A DNA stretch of 64,000 nucleotides from Candidatus Dojkabacteria bacterium (GCA_012842045.1 DUTP01000005.1:11332-75331), one strand, 5' to 3'; positions 9,442 to 19,952 are shown, counted from the stretch's first letter. Notes: generated by a model from the letters alone, not told the origin. Numbers and translations: made by a program.

Positions 9442-10329
9442 GTGGCTGATATAAACAATGTTAATTTTAAAGAAAAAGCAGAACTTTTTGCCAAGGATCT
9501 AACTTCCAAAGGAAGATCTGAGTCCACTGTTATCGCTTATGCAAAAGACATTGAGCAATTATTAAACTATCTGTCGAAAAGAGGAATTCTTTCTTTAGAT
9601 AAAGTAACAATCGAAGATTTAGAGGGATATAAACAAAACCTACAGGATAATAACTACACTCCAAAAAGTGTCTCTAGAAAAATAAATAGTACTAGAACTT
9701 TCTTCAGATTTCTTTTGGAAAACAACTTTGTAAGCGATAATGTTTCCGAGAAATTAGCACATCCTAGATTTGAAATTAAGCCACCCAGAGTACTAACAGA
9801 GATGGAGTACAGAGCATTAAGGGATGTTAGTAGAGTTGATATTAGACTCTACTCTATTGTAGAGATTCTTCTTCAAACAGGAATTAGAATTGGAGAATTA
9901 GCAGGACTTTCTCTTGATGATATTAGAAAGTCAAAGGATGGAAAGATTGATTTTCTTTACATTAAAGCTGCTGGTAGCCATCCAGCTAGAAAAGTTCCCC
10001 TAAACAAGTCTGCAAAGAAAGCATTAGATGATTATATTGCAGTTAGACCAGAGACAGAAGAAGATACTATTTTCATCACAAAGAATGGTAGACCTTTACT
10101 GGTAAGAAATATTAGAACTGCAATAGATAAATCTTTTGAGAGAGCTGGTATTAAGAATGCAAAGGTTAATGATCTTAGAAACACTTTTATTGCACATCAC
10201 TTAGCAAATGGTGTAAGTTTACCAACAGTATCAAAACTTGTTGGTCATAAAAGACTTTCTACTACAGAGAAATATCTGAATATTATTCCAGCTGTTGGTA
10301 AGGAAGAGAAAAACCTTAAGGAACTCTAA
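9442..10329 (+). CDS. XerC/XerD-family tyrosine recombinase
   Basis: N-terminal SAM-like domain; TGIRIGEL, NDLRNTF, LVGHKRLSTTEKY catalytic motifs. Confidence 0.9.
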   Translation: MADINNVNFKEKAELFAKDLTSKGRSESTVIAYAKDIEQLLNYLSKRGILSLDKVTIEDLEGYKQNLQDNNYTPKSVSRKINSTRTFFRFLLENNFVSDNVSEKLAHPRFEIKPPRVLTEMEYRALRDVSRVDIRLYSIVEILLQTGIRIGELAGLSLDDIRKSKDGKIDFLYIKAAGSHPARKVPLNKSAKKALDDYIAVRPETEEDTIFITKNGRPLLVRNIRTAIDKSFERAGIKNAKVNDLRNTFIAHHLANGVSLPTVSKLVGHKRLSTTEKYLNIIPAVGKEEKNLKEL

Positions 10330-10505
10330 ATAATTAACTCTTAATACAGGTTCAGGTTACCACACTTACTTTCCCTTTCCCCATATGGACTATTACCGTT
10401 TTATTATGATTAGTTAACAAATTACAGGGTACTGTTTCCCTGTCACTATCTAACACCGAATCACAGTTTTGATTGAGGATTCTTCTCTTATATCAATGAA
10501 AAGTA

Positions 10506-10579
10506 TGGGAATAGGTGGACTCGAACCACCGACTTCGGCTTTATAAGAACCGTGCTCTGACCTCCTGAGCTATATTCCC
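10506..10579 (-). tRNA. tRNA-Ile (TAT)
   Basis: GGGAATA...TATTCCC-A cloverleaf; anticodon arm CGGTT-CT-TAT-AA-AGCCG. Confidence 0.9.
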
Positions 10580-10628
10580 ATATACAATCGGTATTTTACC
10601 AAAACTCTGATGATTTTAGAAGCCTTTA

Positions 10629-13136
10629 TTAAAACATCGGTGGGAAAGCCGCAGAAGGTTGTGGTTGTTCAACTGGTTCTTCTTTCTCAAGCTGAGACCT
10701 GATACGAATGTCCTCCGCAACAACATTAACATCTCTCCCATATTTCATTCTAGACATATCTTTAATTACCTTCACCACTTCTTCGTTCACAGGTAAATCA
10801 AACCCTGCTTCAGGAAAAGCTTTGCCATAGCTAGTGTCAAGAGAAAAAGGTGCTGGATACGAACCATCAACAAGAAGTTTTGTATAATAATGAGCCATAC
10901 CTTGATTGACAATATCGCCCGCTGTGACATACCCCTCAAAAGGCGTTTCTAAGAACTGTGCATCTTCAGGACTACACCTCGCAATGTATAGAGAACCTAC
11001 ATTCCCAAATACAGCATTCTTAATGTCTTCTGGTAACTGTCCAATATATTGGTGTGCTAGAGTAAGATTAAGTCTGTATTTCCTAGCCTCAGAAAGAATA
11101 GAAGAAAACTCCTCTGTTGCAAAGTTTTGAAACTCATCCGCATAGAAAAAGAAGTCCCTTCTCTCGTACTCAGGAATATTCTCCCTACTTAGCGCTGCTG
11201 CAAGAAGTTTCTGAACAATCAATAAACCTAGAAAGGACATATTCTCATCACCAATTAAACCTTTAGAAAGATTTACAACCAAAATCTTACCTTCATCCAT
11301 CACTTGTCTAAAATCAAAAGAGGATGTGGACTGCCCAATTATATTTCTAATAGCTAAGTTCGTAGTAAACTTATCAAATTTTGAAATAAAGTATGTCAAA
11401 GACTCTGCTTTTGTCTTCTTGTCTGTCTTTGCTACCTGGTCAGTCCAATATCTAATAACTAATTCATCTTTAACCAATGGTAGCCAATGACTCATCACCC
11501 AGTCTTCATCTTGAAGAATTCTCACCACCTCAATCAAGGTCGAATCTGGCTTCGCCATGGCTGTTAACATAGAGTTTCTTACAGCCTGTTGAAATGCAGG
11601 ACCTGCATAACCTTGATTATTTGGATCAAAAAGCCTGATAAGTAAAGCAAGAAAACTATTTACAATTTGATGTTTATGTTGCTCATTATAATATTCCATG
11701 ATATTAAGACCAAACGGTCTTTCGAAATCACCAGCATTAAAATAGATAACATCTTCTGCTCTCTCTGCTGGGATTCTCTCCAACACCATATCAGCAGCAG
11801 AACCATGAGGATCTATAAAACAAACACCATCACCATTATATATATCCTGCATAATCATTCTGACCATCAACCAGGACTTACCTGTACCCGTCTGACCAAG
11901 TATGTATGCATGTCTCCTCCTATCATCTCTTTTTGAACATATCATCTTTTTCTTGCCTCTGAAATAGTTATTCCCAACCCAAATAGTATCCGGAGAATTA
12001 ATATCGGAACTTATCAAATTATCCGCCGGTAACTCTTTTGATAATAACCATTTGATATTAGGAGTTGTTATCTCTTTATTTGGGAAGTGATAGAGTGCAG
12101 CAAGCTCTTCAATATTTAATATACTTTTCTCGTCTTCTGGAGCTCTTCTATAAATTACATCATAGAGAAAGGCCTTTTGGTCTCTTTCTTTTACTTCCTT
12201 CTTTTGTAACTTATTAATCCCCGGATTGTTGTACTGCTCAAAGGCAGCAACTATATTATCCAAATGCATCTTTGCAATTGCTTTATCTGGAGCACTTGTA
12301 ATAATTCTAATCTCCGCAATCATCCCTGGTTTTGAGACCTTTTTATTAACAGCTTCCAATTTCTCTGGAGGTACATTTATTTTTTTCTTCTCTGGATCTG
12401 CATTATTCTTCTCTACATTCTGCACAAACCCTATACCATTCTCTTGCCATTTCGAATCTGTCGGAGATACAACCAATTGAACCAATGCCCCTTCACTCTC
12501 TGCCATTTTACTTAGAGTACTTAAGACATTAGCTGTTGGGTCACCTGTAAAACCTTCAGCCATCCTAATTGGGTAGTATGCATCTTCCTGCAAAACAAGC
12601 CTTGCACACTCAATCTCTGTGTTAGGAGCAAAGATATTGTATTCATCTACTACTGCGACATCAGCATCCTGATATGAACCCAGTATTTGCTTTTCAACCA
12701 AATCTGCATACTGACGAGGACAGTGAACAAAAAACCTTATCTCCCCTGGAAGACCAACCATCTCAAAACTAACACTGTTGCTTACATTGAACATCCCTGC
12801 TAAACCCTTACTCTTTCCTCCTATTCCATATATATTTGCAAACATCTGCTCTGCGGTACCTATCTCCACCTCATTATCCCTTAAAACCCTAACTTCTAAA
12901 AGAACTCCATCACTAGCTTTCTCGTTTCTATCTTTCTTCCTCAACTTCTTTCTTACTAAAAAGAATCCGCCAACACAGACAGCTATGAGAAGAAGAACAA
13001 ACGTTATCCAACCCCAAGGGATTTTAATATTCTCAATGCTTGTAGCGTTGTCAGCATATCTAATAGTACTACTATCTCGCTTTGGTAAATCAGGAAATTG
13101 TTTTTCTTGTGTATAGAGAATATTTTCAGAATGCAT
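10629..13136 (-). CDS. Membrane-anchored VirD4/TraD/VirB4-like (HerA-FtsK superfamily) ATPase
   Basis: N-terminal TM; RRRHAYILGQTGTGKS, IDPHG, YADEFQNF, SEARKY, AHQY motifs. Confidence 0.85.
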   Translation of the reverse strand: MHSENILYTQEKQFPDLPKRDSSTIRYADNATSIENIKIPWGWITFVLLLIAVCVGGFFLVRKKLRKKDRNEKASDGVLLEVRVLRDNEVEIGTAEQMFANIYGIGGKSKGLAGMFNVSNSVSFEMVGLPGEIRFFVHCPRQYADLVEKQILGSYQDADVAVVDEYNIFAPNTEIECARLVLQEDAYYPIRMAEGFTGDPTANVLSTLSKMAESEGALVQLVVSPTDSKWQENGIGFVQNVEKNNADPEKKKINVPPEKLEAVNKKVSKPGMIAEIRIITSAPDKAIAKMHLDNIVAAFEQYNNPGINKLQKKEVKERDQKAFLYDVIYRRAPEDEKSILNIEELAALYHFPNKEITTPNIKWLLSKELPADNLISSDINSPDTIWVGNNYFRGKKKMICSKRDDRRRHAYILGQTGTGKSWLMVRMIMQDIYNGDGVCFIDPHGSAADMVLERIPAERAEDVIYFNAGDFERPFGLNIMEYYNEQHKHQIVNSFLALLIRLFDPNNQGYAGPAFQQAVRNSMLTAMAKPDSTLIEVVRILQDEDWVMSHWLPLVKDELVIRYWTDQVAKTDKKTKAESLTYFISKFDKFTTNLAIRNIIGQSTSSFDFRQVMDEGKILVVNLSKGLIGDENMSFLGLLIVQKLLAAALSRENIPEYERRDFFFYADEFQNFATEEFSSILSEARKYRLNLTLAHQYIGQLPEDIKNAVFGNVGSLYIARCSPEDAQFLETPFEGYVTAGDIVNQGMAHYYTKLLVDGSYPAPFSLDTSYGKAFPEAGFDLPVNEEVVKVIKDMSRMKYGRDVNVVAEDIRIRSQLEKEEPVEQPQPSAAFPPMF

Positions 13137-13201
13137 AAAAGGACAGTATCATCTTATGCATACAGAATAACACAGTGAAAACAATATATCAAAGAAGGAA
13201 A

Positions 13202-13525
13202 CTAATCATCAATAGGTTCTCCATGTATCTTTCTTTTAAGGATATCCAAAGCCGTACTATCAGCCCCTTGAGTATTAACATCAAATCCTGGGCCAGACCA
13301 TTTTCTTTCTATACTTCCTCCATCATTCTCACCCGTAGAAGCAATATCCTGTACTCCACCTGTAGGCTCATGCCCTGACACATCTGAAGTATAAGAAGAA
13401 GGTGTTGTAGGATCCTCAGCACCTGTTCTAGCTACAGGCTCTGTGGGTTCATAAGCAGGAGACAAATTCTCCAATGCCTCATTTAAATTATAATTTGTTC
13501 CTAGTTCAATATTGTTACCTTGCAT
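13202..13525 (-). CDS. Hypothetical low-complexity protein
   Basis: 107-aa ORF directly after smpB; TGGTATAAT 5 nt before its ATG. Confidence 0.65.
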   Translation of the reverse strand: MQGNNIELGTNYNLNEALENLSPAYEPTEPVARTGAEDPTTPSSYTSDVSGHEPTGGVQDIASTGENDGGSIERKWSGPGFDVNTQGADSTALDILKRKIHGEPIDD

Positions 13526-13531
13526 ACTAGA

Positions 13532-13975
13532 TTATACCATGAATTTCCTGCTTTCGTAAAGCATTTCTCTATCTAAATCTCTTTCTTTCTGCTTTGCCTT
13601 CTTTTCATATTGTTTCTTTCCTTTTGCATAAGCTACTTCTATTTTTATAAGCTTTCCTTTTGTATATATGGACAAGGGAATTAATGTTAATTTCTTTGCC
13701 TGTACCTTACTCTGAATCTGTACCAATTCTTTCTTCTTTACCAGTAATTTGCGACTCCTCCTACTATCATAATGTTCATCAGAACTATATTTGTACTGAG
13801 GAATTTCCATGTTTATAATGTAAAGATCTCCATCTACTACTTTCACAAAAGAATCTGTAAGGTTAACTCTTCCATCTTTAATACTCTTAACTTCAGCTCC
13901 TGTTAAAACAATACCTGTTTCAAAGGTATCTACAATAGTGTAGTTGAATGTAGCCTTTTTATTTGAAATTTTCAT
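13532..13975 (-). CDS. smpB: SsrA-binding protein
   Basis: NKKA.FNY, ETGIVLTGAEVKS, R.RKLL, GKKQYEK motifs. Confidence 0.97.
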   Translation of the reverse strand: MKISNKKATFNYTIVDTFETGIVLTGAEVKSIKDGRVNLTDSFVKVVDGDLYIINMEIPQYKYSSDEHYDSRRSRKLLVKKKELVQIQSKVQAKKLTLIPLSIYTKGKLIKIEVAYAKGKKQYEKKAKQKERDLDREMLYESRKFMV

Positions 13976-13986
13976 GCCATATTATA

Positions 13987-16362
13987 CTACAATGCTACCC
14001 TCCAAACAGTTGTTCCATCCAATACATACATATTTTCAGCATTATAGTCTACTACAAAGTCTTTTACATTGTTAAATATAGTGTCATCATTACCCCTATA
14101 TTCATACTGTTTTATCAAAAGTAATTGATTAGGATGCCTTAAATCAGCACCTCCTTCTTGTGGTTTTTGAAATTGGAAAAATCTTTTACCCTCAGCATCA
14201 AACATGTAAAGACCACTATCCATACTGTCAGCAAAAGTATATCCTTTAGTTATCTTACCTAGTCCCCCAGAGAGGCCTGTAACACCTAATTCTGTCTGTA
14301 CTTGCTTCTGTTCAAAGTAACTCCATGAGTACCTCACAATCCCAACTTCCTGCTCTATTGTAATGTAGATACTAAAATCACCGAGAATATCCCTAGCATC
14401 TGCGAACACTTCATTCTCTATATATTTACTTAACATCGAGTATCTATCACCATATACTGCAGTAGACCTTAATATGGCTTTTTGATCTGCAGATAATAGG
14501 TATACATTATCATTCTCTGTAAGGATTATCATATCTTTAATGTCCGTTGCCTGAATATCTCTACTGAGTAGACCCGATAATGCTATTGCATTTTCAATCC
14601 CACCGTCCTTGTTAAAAGGAATCTTAATAACTCCAGCATCTTTATCATATACAAAAGCCCCTTTAACACCAACAGAAACATTCATTGGACTCTTAAATAG
14701 TTTCTCCGTATCAGAAACTATCTGAATGGATGGTGTTTCTCCAAGAGGTGTAAAGAAGACTGCCTTCTTACCTTTGTCTGTAATGAAAACACCCTCTTTG
14801 CCATGGATGTCTCTGTATATCTCAATATCCGTTGGTTCACTACCCTCTCCTGAGCCATTTAGAACTAAGTCTAAATAACTGAAAAGATTCTTGTTCTCTT
14901 TTGAAATACCTACCTTCTTAAACAATCTATCCCCTATTTCAGACATCTTTACCTCTATTTGCTTCTTTGTTTCTTCATCCTTCTCTCTAATACCTTCTGG
15001 AATCTCTTTAAATATCTGAGTAGCATCAAAATACGTTGTTTCTGCACTAGTTCTGTCTGTTTCTAAATTGTTTTCTGTTTTCTCTAAAAGGTTTTCAATC
15101 TTTTTAAATTTTTCATTAGCATCTTTTCCTAATTCGTTTAATTTCTTTGTCTTTATTGTAAAGTTAACTCCCAACACTATTAGTAATACAACAGCTAAGA
15201 TGCCAAAGAGTTGTTTAAATCTCTTTCCTCTTAAATCTCTCACCTTGTAATCATCTATTCTCATTACAGGGGTAGATACTCTCCTTACCGGTCTTCTACC
15301 TAAACTCATTTGAGAATATTTTGCCATGATTCTTTTAAACCATTGTTTTTGTGCGAATTGCTTTGTAATCTTTTCCCAAAGTATAGAGAATATCTCTTTT
15401 ATCTTTTGCCATATTTTTGTAAGAACTGCTTTAACCTTCCCACATATTTCTTTTATCTTTTGTATTGTTTCTTCTGATGGCTTGATTTTAGTATATGCAT
15501 TTACAAAAAAGATTTTGATTTTAGCTAGCATTAAAGCTATTTTGTTTTTTTCTTTAACCTTTCCTTTAACCTCTTTTACATAGAGTTTAGGTCTATTAGA
15601 GATATCTTCTTGCTGTTCTAATTCTAATCTAGCCTCCTCCTTTTCTTCTTCATCTTTTGGAATGAATGACTGTACTATCTTTGAATCTTCTTGTTTAGAA
15701 TTGTCTGTTTCTTCTTTTGGTTTGATTGGTTCATCTGTACCAAAAGCAAGGATTGCAGATGAAAGTGGTAGATTTACCCCTATTTTAGTAATCTCCCTGT
15801 ATACCTTCTTCTCTTTTGTTGATGACACTATGTCTGGTATATGTGTAGAGAGTATCCCTTCTGTAGAGACAAGGAGGGCTTCATTTTCTTCAAGAACAAT
15901 ACCTGCAGTATTTGCATTTTTACTCTTCATAATTTTACTAATGTTAATTGCCTGACCTGCTTTGAGCACATAGATCTCACCATCCCCTATTGAACCTATG
16001 TAGAAACCTTCTTTCTTTTCTAATACCACAAGGATTGTTGTTTTAATTTCAACATCTTCAATATCCTTATCTGTTTGCATCAATGTTTTTAATTTAGTAG
16101 TACCTTCTTCAAGAGCATTCTTCATTGCTTCATTTGTTGTTTTTGTATGAGAGTAGAGATATCCATCGGCAATACTATCTATTACAAATTTAGAAAGCCT
16201 AACTAATGGAGCTTTTTGTTCTGAAGACATTTTGAGAAGAATGTAAAGATTACCATCTTTGGCTGATTTCTCCTCTCTGTTCTCAAAGAGATTTCTGTAT
16301 ATTGTCACATATGAGTGACCATTTTTCTCGTTTGAAATATATTGTTGGGCAGATGTCTTCAT
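13987..16362 (-). CDS. Large bitopic membrane protein: degenerate PP2C-like N-terminus, basic helical linker, TM, beta-propeller-like C-terminus
   Basis: GSIGDG...LLVSTEG resembles PP2C motifs without the full Asp set; TM near aa 385-403; beta-rich repeats (FITDKG, VYDKDAG, YVLDG). Confidence 0.6.
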   Translation of the reverse strand: MKTSAQQYISNEKNGHSYVTIYRNLFENREEKSAKDGNLYILLKMSSEQKAPLVRLSKFVIDSIADGYLYSHTKTTNEAMKNALEEGTTKLKTLMQTDKDIEDVEIKTTILVVLEKKEGFYIGSIGDGEIYVLKAGQAINISKIMKSKNANTAGIVLEENEALLVSTEGILSTHIPDIVSSTKEKKVYREITKIGVNLPLSSAILAFGTDEPIKPKEETDNSKQEDSKIVQSFIPKDEEEKEEARLELEQQEDISNRPKLYVKEVKGKVKEKNKIALMLAKIKIFFVNAYTKIKPSEETIQKIKEICGKVKAVLTKIWQKIKEIFSILWEKITKQFAQKQWFKRIMAKYSQMSLGRRPVRRVSTPVMRIDDYKVRDLRGKRFKQLFGILAVVLLIVLGVNFTIKTKKLNELGKDANEKFKKIENLLEKTENNLETDRTSAETTYFDATQIFKEIPEGIREKDEETKKQIEVKMSEIGDRLFKKVGISKENKNLFSYLDLVLNGSGEGSEPTDIEIYRDIHGKEGVFITDKGKKAVFFTPLGETPSIQIVSDTEKLFKSPMNVSVGVKGAFVYDKDAGVIKIPFNKDGGIENAIALSGLLSRDIQATDIKDMIILTENDNVYLLSADQKAILRSTAVYGDRYSMLSKYIENEVFADARDILGDFSIYITIEQEVGIVRYSWSYFEQKQVQTELGVTGLSGGLGKITKGYTFADSMDSGLYMFDAEGKRFFQFQKPQEGGADLRHPNQLLLIKQYEYRGNDDTIFNNVKDFVVDYNAENMYVLDGTTVWRVAL

Positions 16363-16363
16363 C

Positions 16364-16699
16364 TTATGCTAATACTAAAAATAGTAGGGCTAAAAGAGAC
16401 CCTATTACTGTTGTTATTATATATATTACTGTTACACTTTTTACAATCTTGTTTTGAGAAGTAGAAAATGTGTCTGAGAGTAATCTAGTTCTTAAGAAAA
16501 GAATTAAGGAAAACAAGACATTACCTAGGATAAATAGTACTAAAGGTGCTTTAACTATCGATTGTATTTTGATCTTTGGTAATTCATTTGTGAGTTTAGG
16601 TGTTTCTACTGAATCTATAACCTCACTAATTTCTCCTACCTTTGAGGTTTTTCCTAATATTTCTGGTTGTATTTCTTCTAAGATTTGATATGGATCCAT
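16364..16699 (-). CDS. Small two-TM membrane protein
   Basis: Two hydrophobic helices; start overlaps upstream stop (TAATG). Confidence 0.7.
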   Translation of the reverse strand: MDPYQILEEIQPEILGKTSKVGEISEVIDSVETPKLTNELPKIKIQSIVKAPLVLFILGNVLFSLILFLRTRLLSDTFSTSQNKIVKSVTVIYIITTVIGSLLALLFLVLA

Positions 16700-17328
16700 T
16701 ATATTTCACCTCCTTTTTTTAACTCTAAAAGATCTGAAAGTATATCTTGTACCTCTTTAGGATTTGCTATTTCATCAAATTCTATTTCAGCATTGGAACC
16801 TGCTGTTTGTACATACACTGTTCCAAGATTAAAAAAGTTCGAAAGAAGACCTACCTGTTTTGTTGTTATATCCTCTATTTTATCCAATCTTGCTTCTGTG
16901 GCTTGGTATGTAAAGAGTGCTTTAATATCTATATCTACAACTCTTTGATCTGTAATTATATTCACATTGAAAAACCATTTTAGGAATGTAAACATTGCAA
17001 TTGAGAGAGCAATTAGGAATATTATTAGGAAAAGAGCAAGACCTATGAGTACACTTCCTAGGAATTTAGATGCGAGGAGAAGACTTACAATAGCTAGTAT
17101 CACTAGGAATATAACTAAGAGTATTTGTCTTAAAAATGCACCCCAATGTCGTCTAGTCACCAGTATTACTTGTTCATCATTGTCTTTTCCTACAAATGTG
17201 GTATTTCTAGGGAAAGGCATGAATGTTTCAGAGGATTTTCCTTGGAGATGAGCAATGAATGATTTATCCATTTTGCTATACTTTTCTGGAATATTTTCAT
17301 TACTATTCTTCATAGTTGAGAATACCAT
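16699..17328 (-). CDS. Membrane protein with bacterial PH domain (start probably ATG 17313)
   Basis: RRHW, two TM, ITDQRVVD, IEDIT, GTVYVQTAG signature. Confidence 0.8.
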   Translation of the reverse strand: MVFSTMKNSNENIPEKYSKMDKSFIAHLQGKSSETFMPFPRNTTFVGKDNDEQVILVTRRHWGAFLRQILLVIFLVILAIVSLLLASKFLGSVLIGLALFLIIFLIALSIAMFTFLKWFFNVNIITDQRVVDIDIKALFTYQATEARLDKIEDITTKQVGLLSNFFNLGTVYVQTAGSNAEIEFDEIANPKEVQDILSDLLELKKGGEI

Positions 17329-17358
17329 AGAATTGTATTGAAAACAATGGTTTAAGAG

Positions 17359-19203
17359 CTATTTTTTCTCTACATTGAAGAAGACATGAGAAGGTTGTTG
17401 TTGTATTCTCATATGGCCTGGAGCCATCTGATTGTAAATATCTTTAAAACCAGCACCAGAAATATGAACTGGTCCCCTATTAGTATAGAAAATTACTTCT
17501 TTCGTTTGCCCTTCTCCCCAAACAATCCCAACGTTAGATATTGAACGAACAGGATTTGAAAGAAGTGCTTGTAACTCAGCTAGTGTATATGGCACTTTAT
17601 CTGTATTTCCATAATCCGCTCTTTCTCCTCCAGGACATTTTCCGTAGTCACTGGGTAACAACCTAGATTTATCAGGGGTTTTTCTTAAACCTAGACTGTG
17701 TTTTACAAAGTAAGCATTAACTATTACCATCATTTCTTCATGAGTTAAAAATGGCGAATGTCCACAATTTTCCCCTTTTGGATCTATGCCACTTCCTGCT
17801 CTATACCAAGACTTGTAAAACCATGTAACACCTGACTTCCTCTCCCAAGCATTATTGAACCAATCTTTTCCATTTCCACTAACTGTATCCCAACCCACAT
17901 GATTCCCCCATGCTCCATGAACAGCTGCATATTCAGTTGCAAAAACAACACCCTTTTTGGTCAATACTTGTCCTTTAGTTTGAGCAACAGCATTTCTCCA
18001 ACCTGCTGCATTTTGACAGTTTTTGTATACCTGATTACTTTGATTCGGAATTATATAGCCTTGTGTCCTAACTTTATGTAAGGCATAGGTTCTTGCAGCA
18101 ACAGCTTGAGCTTTCAATGCCTCAATATTCCAACTTGCTGGCATCTCATATATGCTATTCATATATTCTTGGAAACTTATTCTGATGTTATAACTCTTAG
18201 CCTTATTGTTACAGTCAACTCCTTCTCCTTTCACCCATATGGTCTCTGGTTCTTTAAACCCCTCCACAAAAGTAGCACCTGGGTAATAAACTTCAAGTAA
18301 TTTCCTGTAATTTTGTCCTGCATCAGCTCTAGCTCTAGCACCCCATTGGCTCATACCGTTTCTATGCGTATATGCACCAATCGAAAAAACCCCAAAAGAA
18401 CCAGCTGGAGCCTGTGAAATTGAAGTTCCAAAACTAGAACCTGTATATCCACCGGAGGAGATTAAACCTGCTCCTCTTGCAGCAATGAGGGCTGCTTGTA
18501 GTTGAGAAACATTCTTACTTAAGTCTGTAATATCAGAATTTAATTTCCTTCTCTGAGAATATTGACTATTCAACTCCGCCTGTAACTTAGCCCTCTCTTT
18601 ATCTAACAATGCATATGATTTATCTAACTCATCCTTCTGTTTATCTAAAACCTCTTTCTCTTTATCCAACCCCTCTTTTGCTTCAACTAAATTACTAAAC
18701 TCACCACTAATCTCCTCAACCCTATCCTTTAATATATTAAGAGCTCCTTTTCTAACATAAAAGCTTTGTACTAAATCCTTCCAATCAGAGAAAACAAAAT
18801 TAGCAAACCTATTCCTACTCTCTACATACAACAAACCAGATATGGAATCCATACTCCCTCTAACCTCTTCTAATTCCTTCTGTTTCTGTTCTAATTCTAA
18901 CAACTTCTTTTCAATCTCCTTAGCTTTACTATCAGAATTCGCTTTAGCTTTGTTAAGCTCCTCAGTCATCAATCTAATCTTCTCCTGTAAAGATGCATTA
19001 CTATCCTTAATTCCCTTAATCCTACTCTCTACTGTTTCTAATATTGATTTTTTACTAGAAAGCTCCTTTTGCTTTTGCTCTATTTGTTGTTCTAAATCAG
19101 CAATACCTTGAGCATTAACCACCCCTATGTAAGGAGTGCAGAGAGAGAAAATGAATATTATTAAAAGAAAAATTGTTTTGTAATTTCCGGACAGTTTCTT
19201 CAT
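17359..19203 (-). CDS. Secreted coiled-coil plus SpoIID/LytB-domain protein (putative lytic transglycosylase)
   Basis: Signal peptide, long coiled coil, HRNGMSQWGA, EMPASW..EALKAQAVAARTYA, QVY. Confidence 0.88.
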   Translation of the reverse strand: MKKLSGNYKTIFLLIIFIFSLCTPYIGVVNAQGIADLEQQIEQKQKELSSKKSILETVESRIKGIKDSNASLQEKIRLMTEELNKAKANSDSKAKEIEKKLLELEQKQKELEEVRGSMDSISGLLYVESRNRFANFVFSDWKDLVQSFYVRKGALNILKDRVEEISGEFSNLVEAKEGLDKEKEVLDKQKDELDKSYALLDKERAKLQAELNSQYSQRRKLNSDITDLSKNVSQLQAALIAARGAGLISSGGYTGSSFGTSISQAPAGSFGVFSIGAYTHRNGMSQWGARARADAGQNYRKLLEVYYPGATFVEGFKEPETIWVKGEGVDCNNKAKSYNIRISFQEYMNSIYEMPASWNIEALKAQAVAARTYALHKVRTQGYIIPNQSNQVYKNCQNAAGWRNAVAQTKGQVLTKKGVVFATEYAAVHGAWGNHVGWDTVSGNGKDWFNNAWERKSGVTWFYKSWYRAGSGIDPKGENCGHSPFLTHEEMMVIVNAYFVKHSLGLRKTPDKSRLLPSDYGKCPGGERADYGNTDKVPYTLAELQALLSNPVRSISNVGIVWGEGQTKEVIFYTNRGPVHISGAGFKDIYNQMAPGHMRIQQQPSHVFFNVEKK

Positions 19204-19220
19204 TACATGGATTATACCAT

Positions 19221-19634
19221 TTAGAAGAAAATGTTTTTTACAAAATCTATAATATAAGGTAGAAAGATAATTATGCCTGTAAATACAGATACTAAAGCAC
19301 TAACTAGAACTGCTCCTGCACTAACATCTTTGGCATATTTAACATTAATCTTAAAATCTTGAGAGACTGTATCACAGAGAGCTTCAATTGCACTATTTAT
19401 ACTCTCGGATATTAAGACCATTGAGATTACTAAGCTGATAGCTATCCATTCAAAATGTTCTATCTTAAAAAACACCCCTGCAAGTATTACAATAGCTCCA
19501 ATTACAAGCTCTATCTTAAAATTTCTTTCATTCCTAAATATTAGTTTTATGCCATTCCTAGCATACCCCTGACTTTTGAAAAAACTCTCTGCTTTAAAAG
19601 ACTTGTTTTTCACTTTAGGATGATTGGAAACCAC
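19221..19634 (-). CDS. dgkA: Diacylglycerol/undecaprenol kinase
   Basis: ERNFK, ESINSAIEALCD, AKDVSAGAVL motifs with three TM. Confidence 0.9.
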   Translation of the reverse strand: MVSNHPKVKNKSFKAESFFKSQGYARNGIKLIFRNERNFKIELVIGAIVILAGVFFKIEHFEWIAISLVISMVLISESINSAIEALCDTVSQDFKINVKYAKDVSAGAVLVSALVSVFTGIIIFLPYIIDFVKNIFF

Positions 19635-19950
19635 CGTAAATTATACCTAGAATTAACCTCGAGAGAATGGTAAACACTAAACCTATTATCGCCCATGTAA
19701 GAGTCCCCTGAGCTTTCTTAACTTTTTCAGGATCTCCTCCGGAAATCATCCACATGTAACCACCGTAGATAATGAAAGCAACAGAGAGTATACCAACTAC
19801 AGGGAAAATATAACTGACGATTTTGTTTAAGTACCCAACGATTATCGACGCACTCAACTCTTTGGGCCTAGGAATGTCTGCCTGAGCAAAAGACGGTAAA
19901 GAGAAGAACTTAAATAGTTGGTAGAAAAATTGCACTAGAGAAACATCCAT
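19615..19950 (-). CDS. TrbC/VirB2-like pilin
   Basis: Two TM helices linked by GGYMWMISGGDPEKVKKA...WAIIGL. Confidence 0.8.
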   Translation of the reverse strand: MDVSLVQFFYQLFKFFSLPSFAQADIPRPKELSASIIVGYLNKIVSYIFPVVGILSVAFIIYGGYMWMISGGDPEKVKKAQGTLTWAIIGLVFTILSRLILGIIYGGFQSS

Positions 19951-19952
19951 AA

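Noticed and set aside
10330-10500. Possible dif site downstream of the recombinase
   Set aside because: No convincing 11-6-11 match, and the locus is near oriC rather than the terminus.
9442-10579. Integrative element formed by the tyrosine recombinase and tRNA-Ile
   Set aside because: No duplicated tRNA 3' end and no cargo; size and motifs fit a housekeeping Xer.
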